The notes beneath the pieces were generated by a model that saw nothing but the letters and a program-made list of their open reading frames with translations, was not told the origin of the DNA and made no database searches. Shown here piece after piece: positions 28,662-39,454 of a stretch of 64,000 bases of DNA (position 1 is the stretch's first letter; each line of letters opens with the position of its first letter). A program made the position numbers and the translations under genes. This stretch comes from an uncultured delta proteobacterium. GTDB taxonomy: Bacteria; Desulfobacterota; Desulfuromonadia; Geobacterales; DSM-12255. The stretch covers positions 576,001-640,000 of the forward strand of contig CAWBBV010000001.1 in assembly GCA_963787125.1 (NCBI GenBank), written 5' to 3'.

Positions 28662-29618
28662 ATGATAAATATAGTGATCTCAACAATTCTCATTACACTA
28701 CTTCTTTCTCCCTTCGCAGCAGCAGAGACACTGAGCGGAGTTGCGGCTATTGTTAACGATGAGATTATAACCTTGCGTGAACTTAACCGGGCGTATTCCG
28801 AGGCACTGAAAGAAGCAGCAACGAAGGGGGATGTTGCCCCTGAAACGGCGGCTAAGATAAAACGTGACGCTCTTGGCGCGATGATAGATAAAAAACTTAT
28901 CCGGCAAAGAGTGGTTGAACTGCGCATAGTTGTGTCTGATGATGAGGTGCGTCTCTCAATTGAGGACGTAAAAAAACAGAACAAGATGAGCCAGGAAGAA
29001 CTTGTTGCCGCGTTGCTCACCCAGGGGATGACGTTGGATCAATACAAGGCGCAGATGAAAGAACAGTTGGAGCGCCTGCGACTGATGAGCCAGGAGGTGA
29101 ACTCTAAAGTTCAGGTGAGCGAGAAAGAGATCAAGGATTACTATGAGAACAATCAGCGAAACTACACCGATGAAGAAGCGTATCGTGCCAGAGCCATTTT
29201 TCTGAGATTGGCAGAAAAAGCCACATTCCAGGACATAAGAGCGGTTGTGACCAAGATTGAGACTGCGACAGCAGCTGCTAAAAAAGGTCGGGATTTTACG
29301 GAACTGGCAAAGACGTATTCGGATGATGACAACGCTCAAAAGGATAGCGGTGATCTCGGCTTTTTCAAGAAAAGTGAAATGCTTCCGGAGCTGGAAAAAA
29401 TCGTACTTTCGATGAAGATTGGGGAAGTTGAAGTAATCGCCATTCCCGGTGGGTTCTATATACTCAAACTTGAAGAAAAAAAACCTGGCTACGTAAAGCC
29501 GTTTGATGATGTAAAGGGGCAGATAGAAGATACTCTTTTCCGGAGCAAGTCAGAGCAGCGCTTTACCAGATGGTTGGAAGAGCTGCGGAAAACTGCGACT
29601 ATTGAAGTAAAGCTGTAG
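28662..29618 (+). CDS. surA: SurA-like chaperone/PPIase, copy 1 (degenerate parvulin site)
   Basis: VAAIVNDEIIT SurA_N domain; GDLGFFKK; both parvulin His positions substituted. Confidence 0.85.
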   Translation: MINIVISTILITLLLSPFAAAETLSGVAAIVNDEIITLRELNRAYSEALKEAATKGDVAPETAAKIKRDALGAMIDKKLIRQRVVELRIVVSDDEVRLSIEDVKKQNKMSQEELVAALLTQGMTLDQYKAQMKEQLERLRLMSQEVNSKVQVSEKEIKDYYENNQRNYTDEEAYRARAIFLRLAEKATFQDIRAVVTKIETATAAAKKGRDFTELAKTYSDDDNAQKDSGDLGFFKKSEMLPELEKIVLSMKIGEVEVIAIPGGFYILKLEEKKPGYVKPFDDVKGQIEDTLFRSKSEQRFTRWLEELRKTATIEVKL

Positions 29619-29847
29619 ACTTCAGAACCGATTCTTAGTCGCCACCTGTGGGAAACAGCCGTAGATAGCGTCACTTCTGTTGAGCTAATCACTTCTTTAG
29701 CTCTAATTTTTCATTGAAAATCAACTGTCAATGAAATTAGAGGGCCAAAGTTTTGATTTCTTTCGCCGTTGACAATCCAGGCAGTAAGATGGTACTTATT
29801 TAAAAATTTTTGTATTCTTTCGAAACCTGTCAGAAGAGGTGTAATAA

Positions 29848-32148
29848 GTGGGTTTTTATAGATTTTTTCACAATGCCTCAAGCAGAGTTCTGATCGGTTT
29901 TTTCCTGATTGCCTCACTTTTCACCAGTCCGGCTTATTCTCTGGATACCAAGGATTCCGAGCTTTTTATTAACGGGTTTAATGCCTATCTCAAAAGGGAT
30001 TATCAGGTAGCAATTGATAATCTGTCAGGTTCTCTCGAGAAATATCCCGACTCTTCACTCCGGGACATGACCATCCTCTGGCTTTCCCGTTCTTACCTAA
30101 AGGCTGGAAACAAGAAGGAAGCCGGGCGCTACATGGCGCAATTTCTCAAGGAGTACCCCGACAATCCTTTAAAGAGCACTGTCGAGGAAGAGTTATTGGA
30201 GCTTGCAACGAAAGCTCCGCAGGTTGATGCCCCACCAGGGCAACAGGTTGCCAAGGCAGCTCCTGTTTCAGCAGCTGCCAGTCCTCCGGTTGTTGGCACG
30301 CCAAAGAATGAATCCGCCTCGAAAACTATCCCTCTTCTTGCGCAGGATGAAACTGCCAGGCTTGCTGATGAAAAACTTGCAGAAGAAAGGGTGGCGGCAG
30401 AGCGGTCAGCTCAGGCAAAGGCAGTTTCTGCTCGTAAGGAAGCGGAGCAGATTGCTTTGGAGAGGGCTGAATCCCAGCGTACTCTTTCTGCAGCAGCACA
30501 GCAGAAAGAACAGGACGCTCTGCAAGCAAAACTGTTAAGAGAGCAGGCCATTACTGAGTACAAAGCTGTTTTGGATCGCTATCCAGGCAGTCAGGCTGCG
30601 ACAAGTGCAAAAATCCGTCTCAAAGAGTTAGGGGTTGCCTATCAGGTAGCTGCGGCCAAAACAACCCCCTCAAGTCTGGTTATGGACGAAAAGTCAACCT
30701 TGCTCGCCGTTGAAGTCGGCCAACACGTTGAATTAGAGCTTAGCCTGGCCTCCGAGCAGCAGATAGTTGAAGTCGGAAAGCGCTTCACCATGCCTTTCGC
30801 AGTTATTAATCGGGGTAATTCTCCGGACAGCTTTACTCTGGAGTCGGGCTTCCCGGGTACTTACAAATTCCGTTTTGTTGCTGCAGCTGCGCCTGATTTG
30901 CCAGTCGTAAAAACTCCTCAGTTGTTGCCGGGCGAACAGTTTAACGGACTGATGCAACTGGAGATGCCTGCCATCTCCATGGATGGGGAGCGAAAGATAT
31001 TCCCTGTCAACGCGCACTCTGTGGCAGACGCATCTAGTTCACAATCCAGGTCGATTCGGTTGGTGGCAAAGGCTCCCGTGCTCAGGGTAGTTTTTAAAAG
31101 CGATTTGCCGCAAATAAGTCCCGGAGAACGTATCCCATACAAGTTGGTCTTGTTGAACGTCGGCTCTGCAGCTGCCAGAGATGTGTCGCTCAGAGTTACT
31201 TTTTCGCCTCAATATAATCCGGCTGATTTTACGGCAGCAGGATTCACGCTTGAGGGAAACAATGTGCTGGTCGTTTCAGGATTGCAACTGGCCCCGGGCG
31301 AAAGCCGGGAGATGCCACTTGCGATGCAGTTGAAGGACTCCGCTCTGGCCAGGGAAGAACTGTTCCTGCATGCGGAGATGATTAATCCTCTGCTTAACCG
31401 GACTGACACATTTATTTCTGCACCGGTGACCGTCAAGGCTGTTAGTGGCATTAATATCCTGGCAAATGCTCAAATTGTTACTGCCGTGCCGGGTCAGACC
31501 GTCACGGTTCTGCTGACCGTTACCAACACCGGCAACGTCCGCGATGATTTTGTGATTAAACCGCTGCAGGCAGAGAATCTAAGTCATTCATTTTATCTGG
31601 ATACAAACCGTGACGGCGTCAAACAGGCCAGCGAGCCACGGGTAAATCACGTCGGACCGTTGGCCCCCAAGGAAGTAGCTAATCTGATCCTTGAAATTAC
31701 GACTACAGCAGCCGAAAAGGATGGCGTCTCCATTCCTTTGACATTTACGCTGGACTCACAAAACGATCCTTCAAGAAAATCATCAGCAAATCTAAACATT
31801 GTTTATTCAAGACCGGTGCTGAACCTGACACTGGCAGGAAAGGGCGGGAAGATAAAGCCGGGCGAAGTCAATTCATTCGAGCTTTCTTGTGTAAATGCCG
31901 GCAGTGGGATGGCGAAGATGGTGGATGTTCGCAGCAGCCTTCCGGCTGAATTGGAACTGATCGCCTCTGAACCGCATGTTGCCGGTAATAACAAGGGGCT
32001 TTATTCCTGGCGGTTTGACCAGTTGGGCGCCGGGGAAAAGCGAACCATCACGGTTTCATACAGAGTTAAACAGGGTACGGCAGTCGGGACATCACTGTCG
32101 CTGAAAAACTCCCTGACATATCAGGATCATATAGGGAACAGCTACTGA
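29848..32148 (+). CDS. Exported TPR (BamD/CpoB-like) protein with tandem Ig-like (DUF11/NEW3-like) domains
   Basis: Signal peptide; LEKYPDS/FLKEYPDN/LDRYPGS TPR motifs; Ala/Glu/Gln coiled coil; repeats NRGNSPDSF, NVGSAAARDV, NTGNVRDDF, NAGSGMAKMV. Confidence 0.75.
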   Translation: MGFYRFFHNASSRVLIGFFLIASLFTSPAYSLDTKDSELFINGFNAYLKRDYQVAIDNLSGSLEKYPDSSLRDMTILWLSRSYLKAGNKKEAGRYMAQFLKEYPDNPLKSTVEEELLELATKAPQVDAPPGQQVAKAAPVSAAASPPVVGTPKNESASKTIPLLAQDETARLADEKLAEERVAAERSAQAKAVSARKEAEQIALERAESQRTLSAAAQQKEQDALQAKLLREQAITEYKAVLDRYPGSQAATSAKIRLKELGVAYQVAAAKTTPSSLVMDEKSTLLAVEVGQHVELELSLASEQQIVEVGKRFTMPFAVINRGNSPDSFTLESGFPGTYKFRFVAAAAPDLPVVKTPQLLPGEQFNGLMQLEMPAISMDGERKIFPVNAHSVADASSSQSRSIRLVAKAPVLRVVFKSDLPQISPGERIPYKLVLLNVGSAAARDVSLRVTFSPQYNPADFTAAGFTLEGNNVLVVSGLQLAPGESREMPLAMQLKDSALAREELFLHAEMINPLLNRTDTFISAPVTVKAVSGINILANAQIVTAVPGQTVTVLLTVTNTGNVRDDFVIKPLQAENLSHSFYLDTNRDGVKQASEPRVNHVGPLAPKEVANLILEITTTAAEKDGVSIPLTFTLDSQNDPSRKSSANLNIVYSRPVLNLTLAGKGGKIKPGEVNSFELSCVNAGSGMAKMVDVRSSLPAELELIASEPHVAGNNKGLYSWRFDQLGAGEKRTITVSYRVKQGTAVGTSLSLKNSLTYQDHIGNSY

Positions 32149-32813
32149 TGATGAATGAATGGCGATTGGTTCTGTTACTGTTGTCAGTTCCTCTGCTTTC
32201 TCTGGAGGCGCACGGTTCTGAGTATATGCTCTTTTCTCCAAACCAGCAGGAGGAAGTGTCTCAGCTGCCTGAAGCCGGCAAAGGGGTGCTGGTGCGACGG
32301 ATTACCGTTAAACCTGGTGATACATTAAGTAAAATATCTAAAGAGTTTGCGGGGCGGAGTTCCTACTTCCCCCAGATCCTTCTTTTTAACAATATTCACA
32401 ACCCGGACCTTATCCGTGCCGGCAGAGAACTGCTTGTTCCCGTCAGCAGGCAGAAGGCCATCGCCAAGAACCCAGCTTCGCAACAGTCTGTTTCTCCTGG
32501 AGTAAATAACGTCTCGACTCCTGAACTTCACTCTGCTGAAGCGACTCGGGTGAAAACCAAAGCTCCTGCTAAAAAGAGTCGGCAAAAGAGTGCAGTTTTG
32601 AAGCCGGAGAGAAAACAGACGCCGCCCGGGCAGACTGTCTCCAGGGAAGAGAACGACTCTTATTCGCAGGCAATCAACTCATATCGCAGTGGCAAGTATA
32701 AGGAGTCGTTGTTATTATTCACCCGTTTCCTTGAGAAATACCCATCATCTCCACTTGCAGCTGACGCTTTACTCTACAGAGCAGAATCGCTTCTCAAACT
32801 TTCCGGTCAATAA
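32148..32813 (+). CDS. LysM + C-terminal TPR periplasmic protein
   Basis: VKPGDTLSKIS...NIHNPDLIRAG (LysM); FLEKYPSSPLAADALLYRAES (CpoB-like TPR). Confidence 0.85.
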   Translation: MMNEWRLVLLLLSVPLLSLEAHGSEYMLFSPNQQEEVSQLPEAGKGVLVRRITVKPGDTLSKISKEFAGRSSYFPQILLFNNIHNPDLIRAGRELLVPVSRQKAIAKNPASQQSVSPGVNNVSTPELHSAEATRVKTKAPAKKSRQKSAVLKPERKQTPPGQTVSREENDSYSQAINSYRSGKYKESLLLFTRFLEKYPSSPLAADALLYRAESLLKLSGQ

Positions 32814-32824
32814 ATCAGGTTCCC

Positions 32825-33790
32825 ATGAACAGAGTAATCACCACACTAATTCTGGCTTTTGCCATATGTTTTATTGCGACCGTATCTCTTGCCGAGACAC
32901 TTAACGGCATTGCGGCTATCGTCAACGACGAGATAATAACTTCCCTGGAACTGAATCGTGAATATGCCATGGTTCTGAAAGAGGAGGAGAAGCGTGGCGC
33001 GTTCTCCCCAGAAGCGGCAACCAAGCTCAAGCGTGATATTCTCGACGCCATGATTGACCGGAAGTTGGTTAAGCAGAAGATAAAAGAGCTGAACATTGTT
33101 ATCTCCGAAGAGGAGATTCGTCAGTCTATCGAGGATGTCAAGCGTCAGAACAAGCTCAGTCAGGAAGCGCTAACCTCGGCACTGCTCGCTCAAGGGATGA
33201 CTTTCGATCAGTATAAAGCGCAGATGAGAGAGCAGTTGGAGCGCCTTCGACTTATGAGTCAGGAGGTTAAGTCCAAGATTCAGGTGAGCGAGCGGGAAAT
33301 CCGCGAGTATTATGATGCGAACAAGTCGCTTTACACAGAAGAGCCGACCTACCGAGCCCGCCACATCTTCATCAAAGTTAATAAGAACGCTTCAAACGAA
33401 GAGATAAAGAAGCTGATGGCCAAAGCGGTTACTGTCATGACCGAAGCAAAGAGCAGTAGTGACTTTATCGCGTTGGCGAAAAAGTACTCCGATGAAGCCA
33501 GTGCAGCAAAGGATGGCGGAGATCTGGGGACGTTCAAGAAAGGGGATATGCTCCCTGAGATAGAAAGTGCTGTCATCACCATGACGCCGGGAGAGATAAG
33601 CGATCTGGTCACCACTCCGGCGGGTTTTCATATCATCAAGCTTGAAGAGAAGAGTGCCGAGAGACTAAAACCCTTTGATTCAGTCAAAGCAGCGATTGAT
33701 GAGATCCTTTATAAGAAAAAATCTGAAGAGCGCTTTAAACAGTGGGCTGAAGAGTTGCGCAAAGCTGCAGCTGTGGAGATAAAACCGTAA
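32825..33790 (+). CDS. surA: SurA-like chaperone/PPIase, copy 2
   Basis: IAAIVNDEIIT; ARHIF, GGDLGTF, GFHIIKL intact. Confidence 0.9.
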   Translation: MNRVITTLILAFAICFIATVSLAETLNGIAAIVNDEIITSLELNREYAMVLKEEEKRGAFSPEAATKLKRDILDAMIDRKLVKQKIKELNIVISEEEIRQSIEDVKRQNKLSQEALTSALLAQGMTFDQYKAQMREQLERLRLMSQEVKSKIQVSEREIREYYDANKSLYTEEPTYRARHIFIKVNKNASNEEIKKLMAKAVTVMTEAKSSSDFIALAKKYSDEASAAKDGGDLGTFKKGDMLPEIESAVITMTPGEISDLVTTPAGFHIIKLEEKSAERLKPFDSVKAAIDEILYKKKSEERFKQWAEELRKAAAVEIKP

Positions 33791-33823
33791 CACCCAGAAT
33801 GGCAGCGTCCCGAAAGCTTCTGT

Positions 33824-34915
33824 TCACGTCCCGCTTTTAAGTTCACAGCTTTTTATAACCGCTGCTGATATCCCCTGTAGCGGGAGAACTCGATCCACTC
33901 CTCCCATCTTGATGGCCTCGCACGGCATACCGAAAACAACCGAAGTCGCTTCGTCCTGAGCAATGGTTTTTGCCCCCGCTTCTTTTAGTTCCAGCATCCC
34001 CCTGGCACCATCGTCACCCATGCCTGTCATGATTACCCCGACAGCATTCTTGCCGGCGTAGCGGGCTGCGGAGCGAAAGAGGACATCAACTGACGGTCGG
34101 TGGCGGCAGACAAGCGGCCCGTCCTTGATCTCAACAAAATAGCGGGCACCGCTTCGCTTCAACAGTATATGGCTGTTTCCTTGCGCAATGAGGGCCCGAC
34201 CGGACATGACCGTGTCGTTGTTCTCCGCCTCCTTGACACTGATACGACAGAGTCCGTCCAAACGCCTGGCAAATGCCGAGGTGAAATGTTCCGGCATATG
34301 CTGGACAATAACGACACCGGGACTGTCTTCCGGTAGGCTCTCCAGAAAGACACGCAACGCCTCGGTCCCACCGGTGGAGGCTCCCACAACTACAACTTTT
34401 TCCGTGGTCCGGATCATGGCCTCCGACTTGGACCTGAATAACACCGCGTCGGCAGTCAGTTTCGGTTGAACCGGATTGAAGTTGACGGGCACCCGCTTGA
34501 GCCTGGCCTGGCTGGCCGCCTTGAGCGCCGTGCAGATAAGTAGTCGCGATTCTTCGAGGAAATGCCGGGTGCCGAGGCGCGGTTTCTCGATTATTTCCAC
34601 GGCCCCGTATTCAAGGGCTTTCATGGCTGTTTCTGAGCCGTGCCCGGTCAGACTCGAACAGATCACCACCGGAATCGGGTGCTGACTCATGATCCGCTGC
34701 AGGAAGGTAATACCGTCCATTCTTGGCATCTCCACGTCCAGGGTTATTACGTCAGGGCGAACAGTTTTTAGCCGTTCAGCAGCAATGAAAGGGTCTGCTG
34801 CCGTGCCGAGTACCTCCAGTTCCGGGTCGGCGGAGATTATTTCTGTCATAACCTGGCGCACCACGGCAGAATCGTCAATAATGAGTACGCCAATTTTCTT
34901 TTTCATATCTACCAC
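33824..34915 (-). CDS. cheB: Chemotaxis methylesterase CheB
   Basis: REC (LDVEMP) + [24 protein letters not shown]; the start may be ATG 34906. Confidence 0.96.
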   Translation of the reverse strand: MVDMKKKIGVLIIDDSAVVRQVMTEIISADPELEVLGTAADPFIAAERLKTVRPDVITLDVEMPRMDGITFLQRIMSQHPIPVVICSSLTGHGSETAMKALEYGAVEIIEKPRLGTRHFLEESRLLICTALKAASQARLKRVPVNFNPVQPKLTADAVLFRSKSEAMIRTTEKVVVVGASTGGTEALRVFLESLPEDSPGVVIVQHMPEHFTSAFARRLDGLCRISVKEAENNDTVMSGRALIAQGNSHILLKRSGARYFVEIKDGPLVCRHRPSVDVLFRSAARYAGKNAVGVIMTGMGDDGARGMLELKEAGAKTIAQDEATSVVFGMPCEAIKMGGVDRVLPLQGISAAVIKSCELKSGT

Positions 34916-34932
34916 CCTTTTTAAACCCCAGG

Positions 34933-35811
34933 TCAGGACATCCTACGGTAGATTGTCGGACTGACCTGCATTAGCGGGACATCCAGACCGCTCAGGGTCT
35001 CCGAATGGCCCATAAAGATAAAACCGCCCGGTGCCAGATGGGTACAGAAACGTTGCAGCAGACGCTCCTGGGTTGGCCGATCAAAGTAGATGATCACATT
35101 GCGGCAGAAGATGATGTCGATTTCTTCCCTGATAGCGAAATCTTCTCCCATGAAGTTCAAGCGGCGGAATTCAACTTTTTCCCTGAGTTGCGGCACAATT
35201 CGCACCAATCCTTCACTGCGATCCCTGCTGCGGAGGAAATATTTCTTTTTGAGAGCGGTCGGAACCGGAGCAGTCCTCTCTTCGCTGTAAACAGCCAGTC
35301 GACCGGATGCGAGTACTCTTGTGGAGATGTCGGTAGCCAGTATCCGGAAGTCGAAGCCGGGTGACTGCTCGGCGAACTCCTGCAGAACCATGGCCAGCGT
35401 GTAAGGTTCCTCACCGGTGGAACAGCCGGCGCTCCAGACTCTCAAAGTGCGCGAAGCTCCGGTGCCTTTTTGCACGTAACCGGGCAGAACTGACGCCATA
35501 AGGTACTGAAAATGATCGGCTTCACGGAAAAAGTCGGTCTTGTTGGTGGTGACCAGGTCGAGCATTGGCACCGCTTCCTGCGCCAGCCCTTCGCTACTGA
35601 AGAGATAGGCGCAGTAACGGGTGAAGGACTCCATCCCCAAGGTGCGCAATCTTTTCTGGAGACGCGATTCAAGCATCGTCTTTTTAATAGGGGGCATTCG
35701 GATGCCGCTTTCAGCGTAAATGAATCGACCCAGTCGCAGAAAGTCGCTTTCTGACAAACGATTGCCTTTGTCTGCCAGAGGTCGCCTCTTGCTGATCACC
35801 GTTCTCAGCAT
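34933..35811 (-). CDS. cheR: Chemotaxis methyltransferase CheR
   Basis: [36 protein letters not shown]. Confidence 0.96.
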   Translation of the reverse strand: MLRTVISKRRPLADKGNRLSESDFLRLGRFIYAESGIRMPPIKKTMLESRLQKRLRTLGMESFTRYCAYLFSSEGLAQEAVPMLDLVTTNKTDFFREADHFQYLMASVLPGYVQKGTGASRTLRVWSAGCSTGEEPYTLAMVLQEFAEQSPGFDFRILATDISTRVLASGRLAVYSEERTAPVPTALKKKYFLRSRDRSEGLVRIVPQLREKVEFRRLNFMGEDFAIREEIDIIFCRNVIIYFDRPTQERLLQRFCTHLAPGGFIFMGHSETLSGLDVPLMQVSPTIYRRMS

Positions 35812-36185
35812 TAGCTCATCACCTTGCTGATAATACGCAGCAACTCTTCCTGCTTGAATGGTTTGGTTAGCCAGGCGGTGGCTCCCGCTGCCACACCTGC
35901 CTGTTTCATGGTGGTCTGGTGTTCGGTTGTCAAAATTATGATAGGCAGAAAGCGGTAAGCGGGATTTTTGCGAACCTCATTGATAAGCCCGATGCCATCC
36001 ATGAAGGGCATATGCAGATCGGTAATGATCAGGTCAGCATGCTCTGCTGCCAGTTTTCCCAGTCCATCCCTGCCGTCTACCGCTTCGATGACCCGGTAAC
36101 CTGACTGGGAGAGGATAGATCGCAGCAATTGCCGGATACTTGATGAATCATCAACTGCCAGAATAGACTTAATCATGTAATACAT
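35811..36185 (-). CDS. cheY: CheY-like response regulator
   Basis: AVDDSSSIR, ITDLHMP, LTTE, KPF. Confidence 0.9.
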   Translation of the reverse strand: MYYMIKSILAVDDSSSIRQLLRSILSQSGYRVIEAVDGRDGLGKLAAEHADLIITDLHMPFMDGIGLINEVRKNPAYRFLPIIILTTEHQTTMKQAGVAAGATAWLTKPFKQEELLRIISKVMS

Positions 36186-36191
36186 CCTCTC

Positions 36192-36713
36192 TTATGCTGT
36201 TCTTGTGCCGTCAGGGAAGGTTATTGGTGTTCTCTTGATTCCCGGCGGTTCATTCGCTGCAGTTCTCAGCTGCCTTCGGAGGAGCACTTCGCCGGTGTTA
36301 CTGGAAAAGATGATTTTCCTGCTGGCGCCACCGCCCAGATCACTAGCCACGACCGGTATGTCGAATTGCGCCAGAATCCGCCAGGCCAAATCAATATTTC
36401 CGGTGCCGATCGGCATGAACCTGTCGGCATTCTCCCACATTGCTGCGCCGCCAAAGAGCTTTGCCTGCAGGCGCGAGACGAGACAACCGAGCCCGGACAA
36501 CCGGTCAATAAGGGTATCGATGGCAATATTGCCGTAGCGGGGGGTAGGGAGCCCTTCACCGTTCCAGAGAGGCAGCATGAAGTGATTGATGCCGCCGACG
36601 CGCCGCACCGGATCGAAAAGGCAGACACTGACACACGAACCGAGAATGGTCGTAACCCGGTGGGGTTCCTGTTCGGCAAATAGCATCCCCGGATATAGAT
36701 AATGTTCTTTCAT
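36192..36713 (-). CDS. cheD: Chemoreceptor glutamine deamidase CheD
   Basis: TILGSCVSVCL, NHFMLP, AKLFGGA, DLGG; probable start ATG 36713. Confidence 0.93.
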   Translation of the reverse strand: MKEHYLYPGMLFAEQEPHRVTTILGSCVSVCLFDPVRRVGGINHFMLPLWNGEGLPTPRYGNIAIDTLIDRLSGLGCLVSRLQAKLFGGAAMWENADRFMPIGTGNIDLAWRILAQFDIPVVASDLGGGASRKIIFSSNTGEVLLRRQLRTAANEPPGIKRTPITFPDGTRTA

Positions 36714-36794
36714 GGCATCGTTATTCCTGAACGGTGTGCAACTGCCATGACAGCAGTTATCAAGCCGCTTTTGCAACCGTTTCTGATCTGGCGG

Positions 36795-37670
36795 TCAGTA
36801 CTGCTCTTCTTCAGATAAAAAGCACAACTCACCTTCCGGAACCATTGTTGCGGCTGTTCCGCCAGGACGTGGCAAGGTCAGAGTAAAGGTGCTCCCTGCG
36901 CCGAGAGAGCTGTCAACGCAGACCTCTCCACCTGACAATTCGGCAAGGGCGCGGCAGATGCTCAGTCCGAGACCGAGACCACGGTGGCTTTTGCACGGAC
37001 CCTGGTCTAACTGCCGGAATCGATCGAATACGGTTTCATGGTTGGTGGAATCGATGCCGGGACCATCGTCACGGATGGCAATCTTCAGAAGAGAGTCATC
37101 AATGAACTGAGTGATGGTAACTATTCCCCCCTGCGGACTGAACTCCATTGCATTGGCGACGAGGTTTCTCAGCATGAGTTGCAGGAACCTCGGGTCAACG
37201 GTGAATGGCATGGATCGCGAAAAATCGCCACGCAGTTCCAGCTCTTTAGCAAAACGCCGATGTTCCAGACTGGCGAGAACTTCAGGGAGAATAACCGCTA
37301 CATCCGTCTCTACAAGGTGCGGCATCTCCTGGCCCGCTTCAAGTCCGGCAGCGGTAAAGACATTCTCCAGCTGAAAATGCAGTTCGAACGCCTCGTCATA
37401 GATCAGTCGGCCGTTAAGAGACGCCTGGTGAGGGTCGCTGTTGCCGGCCATCAACTGGTAGGCAAAACCCATGATTGTCGCCAGAGGGTTATTGATCTCG
37501 TTACGGATATTGGAGAGGAAGTGCCCCTTGAGCGCTTCCGATTCCTGTAACCGGTTATTGGTCTCTTCCAGCTTTTCGGTGAGTTCGCGCAGTTCATTGA
37601 TGACCCGTCGCTGCAGATCAAACCGCTCCCGGAGGGCAGCAATCAGCTCTTCATCGCTTAGCTTCGTCAT
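36795..37670 (-). CDS. Sensorless cytoplasmic histidine-kinase-like protein (H-box His replaced by Asn)
   Basis: Coiled coil + FLSNIRNEINNPL + NLVANA, DDGPGI, FDRF, GLGLGL. Confidence 0.88.
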   Translation of the reverse strand: MTKLSDEELIAALRERFDLQRRVINELRELTEKLEETNNRLQESEALKGHFLSNIRNEINNPLATIMGFAYQLMAGNSDPHQASLNGRLIYDEAFELHFQLENVFTAAGLEAGQEMPHLVETDVAVILPEVLASLEHRRFAKELELRGDFSRSMPFTVDPRFLQLMLRNLVANAMEFSPQGGIVTITQFIDDSLLKIAIRDDGPGIDSTNHETVFDRFRQLDQGPCKSHRGLGLGLSICRALAELSGGEVCVDSSLGAGSTFTLTLPRPGGTAATMVPEGELCFLSEEEQY

Positions 37671-37705
37671 GATTGTCTCCCCTTTAGTTCACCCAAACAG
37701 GGGCT

Positions 37706-39403
37706 CTAAAACTTTTCAAATGATGCATCAAGCTTGTCGGTGCCTGTGCCCATATCCAGATTGACTCCGGCAGCCAGCGACGCTGCGGCGGGGCGCCACC
37801 TGTGTGGCTGGGCCATGGCATAATTGTGTTGGTTGACTGTTCTGCGCTGATTATTCACTGTTAGTGACTGCAGCGGCGCCGGGACGTTTTGCCTGATGTC
37901 TCTGTTGTCCAGGCGGAAGAAGGCGATTGCGTTCTGCAGCTGTTCAGCCTGTGATGAGAGCTCTTCGGCTGTCGATGCCATCTCTTCGGAAGCTGAGGCG
38001 TTCTGCTGAATTACCTGGTCAAGTTGCTGGATTGCCTTATTGATCTGCTCAGCGCCAAGATCCTGTTCGCGACTGGCCGCATTGATTTCCTGTACAAGTT
38101 CGGCTGTTTTTTGAATGTCCGGCACCATTCTGCCGAGAAGTTGCCCGGCTTTTTCCGCAACATCTACACTTGAAGCGGAAAGGCTGCTAATCTCTGCCGC
38201 TGCTTTCTGGCTCCGTTCAGCCAGCTTACGTACCTCGCTTGCTACCACGGCAAACCCTTTGCCGTGCTCGCCGGCTCTGGCTGCTTCAATGGCCGCGTTC
38301 AGAGCCAGGAGGTTAGTCTGCCGGGCGATCTCCTCTATTATGGAAATCTTGCCGGCAATATCCTTCATGGCAATCACCGTCGCTTCCACGGATTTACCAC
38401 CTTCAATAGCCGCCGCCGCAGATTTTACGGCAATTTTATCGGTCTGCAGGGCATTATCGGCATTCTGACGAATATTGGAGGTCATCTGCTCCATGGATGC
38501 CGAGGCTTCCTCGGCAGCTGCTGCCTGTTCACTGGCTCCCTGGGACATCTCTTCAGCGCTGGAGGAGAGTTCCTGGCTACCGGAAGCTACATTACCCGCG
38601 GCGCTCTTTACCTCACCGACAATCTCCCGGAGTTTTTCCAGCATATTCTGCATGGAGCTCAGGAGCAGTCCGGTTTCATCCTTACCGCTGGATGTTATGG
38701 ATACAGTCAGGTCTCCCTCTGCCAGGCGGTTGGAAACCAAAACCGCTTCCCTGAGTGGGTTGGTGATGCTCCTGGTAATGAGGAAGCTGATGATCATGCC
38801 GGACAGCAGGGCAAAAAGCGCCACTCCGAAAGTCATGATCCGCGTAGATTTGTAAAGTTTCTTTGCCTCGTGATGACTTGCAGCCATCTGCTCTTCCTGA
38901 TACTTGACCAGTTCGGCAAAAGGGATAAAAATTTTCAGAATAAGAGGATGCGCTTCTTTGTTGTAAACATCTTTGGCTGCGGCAACTTTGCCGGCAAAAC
39001 AGAGTTCTTCAACCCTGAGATCGGCCGCCTTGGCATTGGCTATATTGGTGTTGATCTGAGCCATCAGATCTTTCCCCTTCTCGGAAGATTCCAGTTTTTC
39101 CAGCTGGCCAATGAGCTCTCGGTAATCGCCGCGATTTTTATCAATCTCGGCTTTCACATCTTTGAGGGAGGTCTGATCGACTATGAGCATGCTCTTGATG
39201 TCCTCTACCACGACCTTGAGCGCTTTCTGGGCATCTGCCGCCAGTTTTATCTTGACGTAACTCACCTGGACGATCTTTTCCAGATTTTCATTGACCTTAC
39301 CGAGATTACTCACGGCAATACCGGTAATTGCTACCAGAAGCATGAGCACCGCCCCGAATCCCAGCCCTAAACGCACCCCAATCTTCATATTGTTAAGTTT
39401 CAT
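37706..39403 (-). CDS. Methyl-accepting chemotaxis protein (periplasmic 4HB, HAMP, signalling domain)
   Basis: Two TMs, GDLT...[37 protein letters not shown]-terminal SFEKF. Confidence 0.95.
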   Translation of the reverse strand: MKLNNMKIGVRLGLGFGAVLMLLVAITGIAVSNLGKVNENLEKIVQVSYVKIKLAADAQKALKVVVEDIKSMLIVDQTSLKDVKAEIDKNRGDYRELIGQLEKLESSEKGKDLMAQINTNIANAKAADLRVEELCFAGKVAAAKDVYNKEAHPLILKIFIPFAELVKYQEEQMAASHHEAKKLYKSTRIMTFGVALFALLSGMIISFLITRSITNPLREAVLVSNRLAEGDLTVSITSSGKDETGLLLSSMQNMLEKLREIVGEVKSAAGNVASGSQELSSSAEEMSQGASEQAAAAEEASASMEQMTSNIRQNADNALQTDKIAVKSAAAAIEGGKSVEATVIAMKDIAGKISIIEEIARQTNLLALNAAIEAARAGEHGKGFAVVASEVRKLAERSQKAAAEISSLSASSVDVAEKAGQLLGRMVPDIQKTAELVQEINAASREQDLGAEQINKAIQQLDQVIQQNASASEEMASTAEELSSQAEQLQNAIAFFRLDNRDIRQNVPAPLQSLTVNNQRRTVNQHNYAMAQPHRWRPAAASLAAGVNLDMGTGTDKLDASFEKF

Positions 39404-39454
39404 GCTGCCGTTCTCCTTTTGGTGAAAATAAATATTTGAAGCAGATTAAGTTGT

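Noticed and set aside
38264..39370. 368-aa plus-strand ORF
   Set aside because: Antisense shadow of the MCP.
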